Assembly (NCBI GenBank): GCA_963762255.1
Contig: CAVXKA010000001.1
Span: forward strand, 800,001-864,000
Direction of reading: 5' to 3'
DNA from: Candidatus Eiseniibacteriota bacterium
GTDB taxonomy: Bacteria; Eisenbacteria; RBG-16-71-46; JABDJR01
Length of the DNA: 64,000 nt
The position numbers were made by a program, and so were the translations under genes. Of the stretch, positions 38,484 through 46,400 are shown one piece after another; within the stretch, counting starts at the first letter, position 1, and each line of letters opens with the position of its first letter. Below the pieces are notes generated by a model. That model did not search any database. It had not been told where the DNA came from and saw only the letters and a program-made list of their open reading frames with translations.

Positions 38484-39431
38484 ATGGTGATGGCTCCATA
38501 TCAGGTGTTTGTCTCTTTCAAGAATCTTGATGGCCATGGAAACCCGACGCCGGACAGCGTGTTGGCGGCGACTGTCAGTGGTTTTCTCGCCAGTCATGGC
38601 CTTCGCGTGTTCTTCAGCAATCAGTCTCTCGAGAAGCTTGGAACAGCCGCCTACAAGAAGGCGATAGACGATGCCCTTGACGCTTGTTCGGTGCTAGTCG
38701 CCGTCGGGACCTCGGCCAATAACCTACAATCGCCGTGGGTCCAGTATGAATGGGACAGCTTCTATAACGACCTTTTGAGCGGCTTGTGGCCTCACAAACG
38801 GCTCTTCTCCTATGTCAAGGACATAGTACCGCGCGACCCGCCTCGTTCGCTGCGACAGAATCAGTCGATCGTTCACATCGACGCGACTGATGCGTCATTG
38901 ACGTCTCTGCTCAACTTCGTTCGCAACGCACTGCCAGAAGACGGTTCAGGTCCCCAGGCAGCTGCTCAAGACTTAACGGACGAGACGATCGCGTCACTAT
39001 CGCTGGTAGAGAGGCTGGCTCTGGGCATCTTGTGCTGGGATACCGAGACACCAGACGTCCTGCACGAGTCGATCCTTCCTCTCTGGCATTCTCTCCCGCG
39101 GCTGGCTCGTCGTGCATATTCGGACTACGCCGACCAAGTCATCGATCAATTCGGCGCGCTGGGGTACGACTTGGTGCCTACGGACGACAGATCCTCGGTG
39201 TTTCGCTTGACCCCGGATCAAGTGGAAGCACTCGCGGGGTACGAACACATGGAGTGGCTTGCCAGGAAAGCGGCTTTCGGGTGGCAGTATGGTGGCTGGA
39301 TGGACAAGCCAAACAAACGCAGCCCGTTTCTGGCTCCCTGGTCCGATCTTCCAGACCGGGCAAAGCAACTTGCTTTGACGGACGTTCGGTCACTTCCGGT
39401 TGCTCTTGCGGCGGCCTGGTTGCGGTTATGA
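38484..39431 (+). CDS. Cassette 4: TIR domain fused to RyR (ryanodine receptor repeat) domain
   Basis: QVFVSFKN...IDDALD...SPWVQYEW (TIR). LAGYEHMEW...GWQYG...RSPFLAPWSDLP (RyR), preceded by the half repeat LPLWHSLP...LGYDL. Confidence 0.82.
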   Translation: MVMAPYQVFVSFKNLDGHGNPTPDSVLAATVSGFLASHGLRVFFSNQSLEKLGTAAYKKAIDDALDACSVLVAVGTSANNLQSPWVQYEWDSFYNDLLSGLWPHKRLFSYVKDIVPRDPPRSLRQNQSIVHIDATDASLTSLLNFVRNALPEDGSGPQAAAQDLTDETIASLSLVERLALGILCWDTETPDVLHESILPLWHSLPRLARRAYSDYADQVIDQFGALGYDLVPTDDRSSVFRLTPDQVEALAGYEHMEWLARKAAFGWQYGGWMDKPNKRSPFLAPWSDLPDRAKQLALTDVRSLPVALAAAWLRL

Positions 39432-39468
39432 CGGACGTCGGATGGAACGATGTGATCGCAGCTGTGAC

Positions 39469-39537
39469 GCCTAACACGGCATGCACCAGGCGGCGCGCGG
39501 GGTACAGCGCGCCGCTGGTGATGCCGAGCCGTTAGGC
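39469..39537 (+). repeat. attC site 4
   Basis: GCCTAAC-ACGGCATGCACCAGGCGGCGCGC...GCGCGCCGCTGGTGATGCCGAGCC-GTTAGGC. Confidence 0.9.
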
Positions 39538-39567
39538 AGGCAATGGGGCTTGGTTACGGTGGCTGGA

Positions 39568-40035
39568 ATGCGATTCTTTCTAGTCGTCTTGATTGTGGCC
39601 CTGGGGGGATGTGGGTCCGAGTCATCGCCCCAGCAGACTGTGCCGATCCCTGACGTGACAGATGACATGACAGAGGAGTGCGAGTGTCTTGCCGTGGCTC
39701 CCTACTTCTCGGCTTCCTGTGTCGGGATTGCGGGGGCCATGCCGCACATGGTCCCATGCTGGCGCGCGATCGTGGCGCACGCAGACGGGGACGATCACTT
39801 CAGGGAACTTCTCGATCACGCGACGTTGGCTGGGCAGTTGTATGGGCTCGCGGGGTTGTACTTCACGGACCGTAGCGGTTTTGACATGTACGTTCAGCCG
39901 TACCTGGCAAGCACTGACAGCGTCCGCACGTTCGAAGGTTGCATCATCCGTCGTGTCGAGGTACGGGAACTCATGGGGGGGTTCCTGAATGGAACGACGC
40001 CAGCGGCCCTGCAGTCACTGGAGTGTCCATTCTAG
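39568..40035 (+). CDS. Cassette 5: hypothetical lipoprotein
   Basis: Lipobox MRFFLVVLIVALGGC. GQLYGLAGLY and GCII motifs. Confidence 0.7.
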   Translation: MRFFLVVLIVALGGCGSESSPQQTVPIPDVTDDMTEECECLAVAPYFSASCVGIAGAMPHMVPCWRAIVAHADGDDHFRELLDHATLAGQLYGLAGLYFTDRSGFDMYVQPYLASTDSVRTFEGCIIRRVEVRELMGGFLNGTTPAALQSLECPF

Positions 40036-40045
40036 TCAAAGGGCT

Positions 40046-40151
40046 GCCTAACGGGCCGCTGCAGCCGCCGCCCGCTCCCCCCGGGGAGTAGGATAGGGCC
40101 TTGAAGGGTGGCCGGTGGTCCCGGGCGCGGCTGACCGGCAGCACGTAAGGC
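40046..40151 (+). repeat. attC site 5 (long family; R' mutated to GTAAGGC)
   Basis: GCCTAAC-GGGCCGCTGCAGCCGCCGCCCGC...GGGCGCGGCTGACCGGCAGCAC-GTAAGGC. Confidence 0.87.
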
Positions 40152-40229
40152 AACATCGGGCAGTCGCAGTCGGTCTGTCGGGGCCGGAACCGCTGGAAAT
40201 CGCGGGTCAGACTTCGAAGGGAGGGCCGA

Positions 40230-40655
40230 ATGATCGGAGCACTTGTGGCCAGGAAAGCGCTGGCGGGCGCTTTCGATGCGTTGAACCGGCATGATCTGCC
40301 GAAGTTCATGTCGGCCTGGCGGGACGACGGGGTGTTTGTCTATCCCGGCGAAATACCTGAAAGCGGGACCTTTCAGGGCAAGAGCGCCGTCGCAGGCTGG
40401 TTCGGACATTTCTTCGAGCAGTTTCCAGGGATCAGATTCGAGATTCAAGACCTCTGCGTCCGGAACATCTTCGACCTTTCAGGCACCAACGTCGTCGCTG
40501 TGCACTGGAATATCCAGCTTACCAACCGAGAGGGACGTGTAGGCCAAAACAGCGGCGTGACGGTCGTGAACATCAAATACGGCAAGGTCTTCCTCGTGAA
40601 GGATTTCATCTTTGATCTTGGCGACAACTTCAGGCGCAATTGGAGTGCATCGTAG
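40230..40655 (+). CDS. Cassette 6: SnoaL/NTF2-like protein
   Basis: FDALNRHD, GTFQGKSAVAGWF, VVAVHW. GGAGG RBS. Confidence 0.85.
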   Translation: MIGALVARKALAGAFDALNRHDLPKFMSAWRDDGVFVYPGEIPESGTFQGKSAVAGWFGHFFEQFPGIRFEIQDLCVRNIFDLSGTNVVAVHWNIQLTNREGRVGQNSGVTVVNIKYGKVFLVKDFIFDLGDNFRRNWSAS

Positions 40656-40666
40656 CGAGCGCAGCT

Positions 40667-40763
40667 GCGTGACTGGCGTTTGCAGTCCCCGCCCGCTCAT
40701 TGGGAGTGGAATCGGCCAAAGAGCCGGCCGTCGCGCGCGCGGCCGACCGGCAGCACGTTAGAG
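40667..40763 (+). repeat. attC site 6 (long family, degenerate R'')
   Basis: GCGTGAC-TGGCGTTTGCAGTCCCCGCCCGC...GCGCGGCCGACCGGCAGCAC-GTTAGAG. Confidence 0.75.
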
Positions 40764-40770
40764 AGCAGCA

Positions 40771-41484
40771 ATGCCAAGAAGACCTCGACCGATGCGGACA
40801 CGGCGCAGTGAGCACTGGCTCCGTGCTGCCGTGAATAAGCATTCGGAGCCCCTGAATGCACGGGTGCGTACCGTTCTTGGACTTGCGCCCAATGACGCGA
40901 TCCACTGGCTCTCCCCGCTGGCGGATGACGAGTTTGCGGAATACTACGACGAGGCATTTCTCGAGAGGCTCGAGATCAGAGGACTGTCAGTGCCCCTGAG
41001 CGAGTTTTGGCCAGCAGGCGGTCCCAGGTGGGATGGGTTGGCACGCACGAGTTCTGGTGAGCACATCCTGGTTGAGGCCAAGGCATACGTGGAAGAGGCC
41101 GTGGACTACCGCAGCCGAGCCGGGGAATCCTCTCTGATCAAGATCCGCTACGCCTTGGGATTGGCGAAGGAGGCGTTCCGCGCATCGGCCGAAGGATCGT
41201 GGGAGCGGCCCTTCTACCAGTACGCCAACCGTTTGGCGCATCTCCACTTCTTGCGGGGTCTGAATGGAGTGAAGGCGCGTCTTCTCTTCTTGTATTTCGC
41301 CGATGCACCAGATGTTCCCCGGCCCTGTAGCGAGGACCAGTGGATTGGTGCAATCCGGCTGATCAACAAGGTGCTTGGGCTGGGTGAACACCCATACCAA
41401 CCGCATGTTGGACACCTAATATGGAGCGTCCAGGATCTGCTCTCAGACCAGTCGTTACAGCCGCCGCCCGCGCCTGGGGAGTAG
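40771..41484 (+). CDS. Cassette 7: PD-(D/E)XK nuclease-like protein
   Basis: FWPAGGPRWDGL...ILVEAKA...YQYANRL. Confidence 0.7.
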   Translation: MPRRPRPMRTRRSEHWLRAAVNKHSEPLNARVRTVLGLAPNDAIHWLSPLADDEFAEYYDEAFLERLEIRGLSVPLSEFWPAGGPRWDGLARTSSGEHILVEAKAYVEEAVDYRSRAGESSLIKIRYALGLAKEAFRASAEGSWERPFYQYANRLAHLHFLRGLNGVKARLLFLYFADAPDVPRPCSEDQWIGAIRLINKVLGLGEHPYQPHVGHLIWSVQDLLSDQSLQPPPAPGE

Positions 41485-41500
41485 GATCCGCGCTTGAAGG
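41442..41500 (+). repeat. Left part of a long-family attC (degenerate)
   Basis: CTCAGAC-CAGTCGTTACAGCCGCCGCCCGCGCCTGGGGAGTAGGAT...TTGAAGG aligns to the left arm and loop of attC5. Confidence 0.7.
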
Positions 41501-41519
41501 CATGACATCGGAGAGCGCA

Positions 41520-42188
41520 ATGAGGCACTGTGGACCGTGGATAGCAGCTCCTGTGATCTGGTTAGCCCTTTCCGGCCATGCGCCCCCGGTTCTTGGCGGG
41601 GAGTGCACTGAAGGGGAGGACCACTATCTTACGGACATTGAGATCCACGGATCGCAAGCGCACGACGAGAGCTTCCACTGCCTACAATGGACGGCGGCTG
41701 ACTGGAGCAAGTGGGCCGGCCCGATCGCTGGCTCCATGTTCGAGGAGTGCCGACGATCGCCGATTCGTGAACGATTGACCGCGGCATGCACACCGCTGCT
41801 CGCCGACACCGCGCGGGTGACCCTCGAGTGGCGGATCCCTCGGTACCGAGCAGCCGTGTTGCTCGCTTCGTACGGCATACCTCGCGTTGCCGACCAGGAT
41901 ATCTTTGGGATCATCACCGAGGAGATGCGAGGCCGGGGCTCCTTGGGCACGGCGGACTACATGGCGCTGGCGGCCCTTCGAGACCCAAGGACGGTGCAGT
42001 TCCTGGCCGGAGAATTCGACTCTGTCGCCTCGGTGCGTGCCCCGGATCGGCTGGAGGTGATCCGGGACATTCTGAACTGCCTCTACCATGTTCCGGGAGA
42101 TTCAGCGGTCGCTCTTGCGAAGACGATCAGTGAGAGGGAGCGCGATCCCGCGATCAAGGAGAGGGCGGAGAGGGTCATTCATCGGTAG
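41520..42188 (+). CDS. Hypothetical secreted protein with HEAT-like C-terminal helices
   Basis: Signal-like N-terminus, GGAGAG RBS, ALAALRDPRTVQFL. Confidence 0.65.
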   Translation: MRHCGPWIAAPVIWLALSGHAPPVLGGECTEGEDHYLTDIEIHGSQAHDESFHCLQWTAADWSKWAGPIAGSMFEECRRSPIRERLTAACTPLLADTARVTLEWRIPRYRAAVLLASYGIPRVADQDIFGIITEEMRGRGSLGTADYMALAALRDPRTVQFLAGEFDSVASVRAPDRLEVIRDILNCLYHVPGDSAVALAKTISERERDPAIKERAERVIHR

Positions 42189-42190
42189 AA

Positions 42191-42212
42191 CTGGCCGTCG
42201 CGGGCGCGGCTG
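42191..42212 (+). repeat. Right-arm fragment of a long-family attC
   Basis: CTGGCCGTCGCGGGCGCGGCTG matches the attC2/attC6 right arm. The terminal R' is missing. Confidence 0.55.
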
Positions 42213-42237
42213 GGTGACGGAGCGACAAGTACACCCT

Positions 42238-42855
42238 ATGCGACGTTGGTCAATCCTCGTAGCCGGCGTTTCCCAGATCGCCGTGGGCCTGTCTCAGGTG
42301 GCGGCCTTCCCGGCGATCGATTGCTTCCCGGTTGGGCCGTACGGCTTGTCTCAACAGGACTCCAGCGTTGTGTCCGGCGCGTTGAGCCTGGATGGGTGGA
42401 GCCGGATCTGTCTCCAGGTGCGAGATCCCGGCTGGGACGCGACTGATTGCGAATACGTGTACCCCACGGACGTGTTCCGCCTGGCTGATTGTCGGGAGGA
42501 CACTCTTCGCTTGGCTGGCTGCGCCGGCGACTTCGACGGTGACGGGCAGCGGGATGTTGCGCTGCTTGTCAAGCGGATCGGAGACGGTAGCGTTCGAGCC
42601 TTCGTCCGCTTGGCCAAGGGCGATGGTTTGCACACCGTCCAATTGCCGCCGATCATGGACGAGTACGGTTTCGAAAGTGACCCGACGATCCCTCCGGGGC
42701 CCTTCTGCATTCGCAAGCCAGTCTCTGGTACGGTCCATTTCCAAAGCGAATATGGGGATTACACGTACTCGCCGAAGGGAGATCTCTTGGTTCTGGGCTG
42801 GGAGACGTATGCATGGGGCGACACGGGCTTTGTGGTCGTCCACACGGCGGACTGA
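42238..42855 (+). CDS. Hypothetical secreted protein with FG-GAP-like Ca-binding motif
   Basis: Signal-like N-terminus and GDFDGDGQRDVALL. Confidence 0.65.
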   Translation: MRRWSILVAGVSQIAVGLSQVAAFPAIDCFPVGPYGLSQQDSSVVSGALSLDGWSRICLQVRDPGWDATDCEYVYPTDVFRLADCREDTLRLAGCAGDFDGDGQRDVALLVKRIGDGSVRAFVRLAKGDGLHTVQLPPIMDEYGFESDPTIPPGPFCIRKPVSGTVHFQSEYGDYTYSPKGDLLVLGWETYAWGDTGFVVVHTAD

Positions 42856-42938
42856 GTCGATGGCGTGCCACGCGCCATCGGGCGGCTTGCGCCCGGTGCT
42901 ATAGTCGAATCTACCCCATGCCTCTTCGGAGGTCGCTG

Positions 42939-43691
42939 ATGACATGTCCATGTTGCTCGTACGCGATTCGACTGCTCGTCACTTCGCTGGCTCTGATCGG
43001 GGTATCGAGCGTTTCGGCGTGGGCCGGGACCAATCCCAACGCGGTCTTCGCGCTCCACGCCAAGGCCCACACGACCAAGCCCGTGTCCATATGCACGACG
43101 CGGAGCCCGAATAGCGGCACCCCGATCCCGTGCACCAGCTACGTCACCCAATGGCCTCTCGCCACAAGCGCGGATGTCTACCTCGTGGTAGCGCGCGGCG
43201 ATTCGGTGACCGGTATCGTCGGCGCTTCCTGCGGGGTCCAGTACAACCAGGCAGTCGGCATGGGCGTCGATATGCACGGTTGGACGCTGTGCGCCGACTT
43301 GGAGTCCATCAGCGCCGGCCCCAACGGCGGATGGCCGAACTCCGGCGGCGGCAACCGCATGACCTGGGTGGCGTCGACGAACTGCCAGCGGACGGTGGCT
43401 GGCGACCAGGGCGTGCACGCGGTGGCGGGTGCGTTCTACGTCTATGCCTATGGCACGGATGTCCTCAACCTCACGGAAAACAAGAACGTGGCGTTTCCCG
43501 AACTGGCCGTGGCCAACTGCTCCGGCCATACGGACCATCTCCCTTGGGCTCGGGTCGCGTTCGTGACATTCTCGGCGGGCGGTGTACTCGAGGGCTGCAA
43601 TCCCTGCACAGAGCCCAACGCGTCCTGTGAACGACCTGTGCCTGCGCTGCCCACCACCTGGAGCAATCTGAAGCAGAGGTTCGGGGGGTAG
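42939..43691 (+). CDS. Secreted Cys-containing protein with C-terminal PTTWSNLKQRF tail
   Basis: Signal peptide ...VSAWA and GGAGG RBS. Similar to 57155-58486. Confidence 0.78.
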   Translation: MTCPCCSYAIRLLVTSLALIGVSSVSAWAGTNPNAVFALHAKAHTTKPVSICTTRSPNSGTPIPCTSYVTQWPLATSADVYLVVARGDSVTGIVGASCGVQYNQAVGMGVDMHGWTLCADLESISAGPNGGWPNSGGGNRMTWVASTNCQRTVAGDQGVHAVAGAFYVYAYGTDVLNLTENKNVAFPELAVANCSGHTDHLPWARVAFVTFSAGGVLEGCNPCTEPNASCERPVPALPTTWSNLKQRFGG

Positions 43692-44044
43692 GCCGCGCAA
43701 GGACCGAGATGATCACCGGTGGTGGGGTTCGTGACTCTGGCGAGGATGGTAAGCTCACCGCACAATCCGTCTCGCGGAGCGCCTCAATTCACATAGGGCA
43801 GGGCCAGCGCCCGTCGTAACCGGGGGTCGTCATTACTCGCAACGCGCGATAAGTCTCGGGCAGAATCTCGTCTTCCTCAGGCGTTCCTGATCGCGCTGGC
43901 GACCTTCGGTATCATTGCTCTGAGCTTCTTGAGCTTGCGGTCATCCGGTGGTCGGCAGCGCAGATCAGGGTCTTTGCCTATTTCAACAACCTGGTCCTGA
44001 TCGGGGCATTCTTGGGGATGGCGCAGTTCTGACCCAGACACAAG

Positions 44045-44076
44045 AAGGGCCGCCCCCGCGAACGAGGGCGGCCCCT
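44045..44076 (-). terminator. Probable intrinsic terminator
   Basis: Plus-strand hairpin AAGGGCCGCCCCCG-CGAA-CGAGGGCGGCCCCT just downstream of the minus-strand gene ending at 44095. Confidence 0.55.
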
Positions 44077-44094
44077 GACGGCGGTCAAGCCATG

Positions 44095-44805
44095 TCAGCG
44101 ATAGAGGGCCTTGATTCTGCCGAAGGTCGTGGGCTCGGTGGGCACGATGCACTCCTGAATATCGATCGTCGCGGTGTAGATTACGCCGCTGACGACGAGG
44201 GCGGCGTCGCGGTTGTAGATCTGCAGTTGGTTGCTGCCGCAGTGCAGGAGCGAGGTGACATCGACTCCGCCGACCTGAGTTTCCGCGGCGTAGCTGCCGG
44301 TATTGATGCTCGGAGTGACGGCGACACCATTGATATAGACGCCGTCCAGATTGGGACCGCCGTAGATGCCGTCGCCGAGGGCGTCATCGCCCGACCAGCA
44401 GAAGTTCAGGGTCGCGGACTTGATGCAGCAGGTCTGCACGGTGAAGTTCTGACAGTAGAGCGCGGAGGCGGGCGTGCCGACAGGGTCGGTGCCGATCCAG
44501 CGAGCCAGCGGATCGCAGGCGAGCTGCTGGAGCCATGCCCCGTGGGGAGTCATGACGATGGCGGGGCGGCCGGCACAGGCGGCCGCAAAGTCGGCCGCGG
44601 TGAAGGGAAGGGGGGAAAGCGCGGTGCTCCCCACCCCGACCAGCATGTTGATCTGCGGATCGGGGCTACCGATGGGAGCATTGCCGCTGCGCAGGACGAC
44701 GGTCTCCGCCGCCACCGGTGCGGCGCTGCCGAGTGCGAGCACACACAAGCAGGACACCAGGGCGATGCCAAGAACGCGAATCGCATGATCGTTTCGCCTG
44801 AACAT
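44095..44805 (-). CDS. Secreted beta-sandwich-like protein with C-terminal PTTFGRIKALY tail
   Basis: Signal peptide, WSGDD...YING...GSNQL pattern, AGAGG RBS. Confidence 0.78.
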   Translation of the reverse strand: MFRRNDHAIRVLGIALVSCLCVLALGSAAPVAAETVVLRSGNAPIGSPDPQINMLVGVGSTALSPLPFTAADFAAACAGRPAIVMTPHGAWLQQLACDPLARWIGTDPVGTPASALYCQNFTVQTCCIKSATLNFCWSGDDALGDGIYGGPNLDGVYINGVAVTPSINTGSYAAETQVGGVDVTSLLHCGSNQLQIYNRDAALVVSGVIYTATIDIQECIVPTEPTTFGRIKALYR

Positions 44806-45068
44806 GATGAGACCTCTTTGGGTGGGGTTTGATTGGATCGAACGGGAGCGACGCAAATAGACGACAGGAAGAGCCGACTCAGTTGCAAACAGGACTAGTT
44901 TAGTCGTAATTATGTGCGATGGCAAGCTCAAGCAGATGGGCCCGAAATTCTCCCGCCTGCCGGGGGGGCGATTCCGCCCTGATGGGTGCCGCAAGGCGCC
45001 CCGCGACTTCCTGCAATAGCTTCGATATCAATCACTTTCGCTCCCGTAGCGTTTGACGAGAACTCCTG

Positions 45069-45099
45069 TTGACTCGTTAGATGACAAATATTATCATCT
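45069..45099 (+). promoter_or_regulatory. Sigma70-type promoter with overlapping palindromic operator
   Basis: TTGACT-N17-TATCAT. Inverted repeat AGATGACAA-ATA-TTATCATCT at 45079-45099. Confidence 0.6.
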
Positions 45100-45143
45100 T
45101 TACCTGACAGCAGATACGCTTCCCAAGACGAAAGGGGTCCGAC

Positions 45144-45530
45144 ATGCGGATTTCCAAGAACGACGTTCCGGTCAAGATCGATGCTCCGGGCGCCGTCGCC
45201 CGCCAGTTGAAGGACTTCGGCGATGCGACCGGATACGGCAAGATCGGCGGCGAGTACTTCTCGCTTGCTGCAGGAACGGACATCACCCCCCTCCTGCAAG
45301 GGCTCAAGGACGACCTCTGCCAGGCGCCGCACTGGGGCTATCTGTCGAAGGGCGCGCTCACCGTCACCTACGCCGACCGCACCCATGAATCGGTGACCGG
45401 CGGCGATTTGTTCTACTGGCCGCCCGGGCACACGGTGCGCGCGGATGCCGACGCCGAGATCATCCTCTTCAGCCCTCAGCACGAACACAGCCAGGTCATA
45501 GACCACATTCTCGCCAAGATGCAGGGCTGA
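45144..45530 (+). CDS. Cupin domain protein
   Basis: CQAPHWGY...GDLFYWPPGH. Confidence 0.85.
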   Translation: MRISKNDVPVKIDAPGAVARQLKDFGDATGYGKIGGEYFSLAAGTDITPLLQGLKDDLCQAPHWGYLSKGALTVTYADRTHESVTGGDLFYWPPGHTVRADADAEIILFSPQHEHSQVIDHILAKMQG

Positions 45531-45662
45531 TCGCCTCGCGGTCCGCCCTGGTTGTCGCGCGACGCATGAGCATCAGCAATCGCGCGGCGCGCCACTCTCC
45601 AAGGCGGGTCCGCAAGCCCCGGCATTCAGTGGCTCGCGAGTCTGGAGTGCTAGGATTCCCGC

Positions 45663-46376
45663 ATGCCAAAGATGCTGGACGTGTTCGGAGATGTTCTCTA
45701 TCGCGCCCACGAGTGGAGAACAGAGAAGCGCTTCGATCGGAAGATCCGCCGCGGGTTCCTTCGCGAGGAGCCTCGCTATCGCCCGATCACAGAGATCGGT
45801 GAAAGCCTCTACGCTGGCGCGCCGCCGGGGTCGGTTGAGCACGCTCACATCCAGCGTTACGACTTTGCAGGCCAACGGATTTCGCCGGGTCTCGTGCTCA
45901 ACGCGGCCTGCGGCTCAGGGTATGGGAGTGAAATCCTGGGTCGATCGGGATCCAAGGTGGTCGGCGTCGATCTCTTCAGAGAGCCGCTGAAGCTCGCGCG
46001 CACGCAGTTCGGCAAGCATCTCTACGTGCGCGCCGACATCGTCGATCTGGGGATGTTTGTGTCGGATCGCTTCGACGCGGCGGTCAGCTTCGAGACCATC
46101 GAGCACATCTCCGATCCGCATCACGGGATCGGGGAGATGAAGCGACTGCTGCGACCGGGGGGATCGTTCCTCGGCTCGATCCCCATCCAGATCCTCCACC
46201 ATCCGGGAACGAATTTCACGTTCTCTCAAGCGTGGAACTTGGTGGAGCGCCACTTTCCGGGAAGCGAGCGGTTCCTCCAGGACAATCGGCGCATTCTGCC
46301 CTTCTCGGACGCGTCGTGGCGCACCGTGCGGTTCGAGAAGGACAAATTCCTGATCTTCCACTGGGTCAAGCGCTGA
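45663..46376 (+). CDS. Class I SAM-dependent methyltransferase
   Basis: HIQRY, VLNAACGSGYG, SFETIEH, RLLRPGG. Confidence 0.85.
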   Translation: MPKMLDVFGDVLYRAHEWRTEKRFDRKIRRGFLREEPRYRPITEIGESLYAGAPPGSVEHAHIQRYDFAGQRISPGLVLNAACGSGYGSEILGRSGSKVVGVDLFREPLKLARTQFGKHLYVRADIVDLGMFVSDRFDAAVSFETIEHISDPHHGIGEMKRLLRPGGSFLGSIPIQILHHPGTNFTFSQAWNLVERHFPGSERFLQDNRRILPFSDASWRTVRFEKDKFLIFHWVKR

Positions 46377-46400
46377 CCCGGATCTGTCCCCGCAATGCAC

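Larger units (their letters stand above)
32896..42212 (+). mobile_element. Integron gene-cassette array without an integrase in the window (CALIN-like)
   Basis: Co-oriented single ORFs, each followed by an RYYYAAC...GTTRRRY palindromic attC. Cassette ends are mutually complementary and GC looks lower than the flanks. Confidence 0.88.

Noticed and set aside
35053-39567. N-terminal extensions of the track ORFs starting at 35053, 38325 and 39481
   Set aside because: They run through attC sites. Real starts lie downstream of each GTT-type junction.
34112-42212. attC repeats as CRISPR repeats, REP elements or terminators
   Set aside because: They are separated by whole genes, carry RYYYAAC/GTTRRRY ends and lack U-tracts. 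No cas genes are present.
43877-44152. 91-aa minus-strand ORF
   Set aside because: It overlaps a terminator hairpin and the upstream gene end, and has no recognisable motif.
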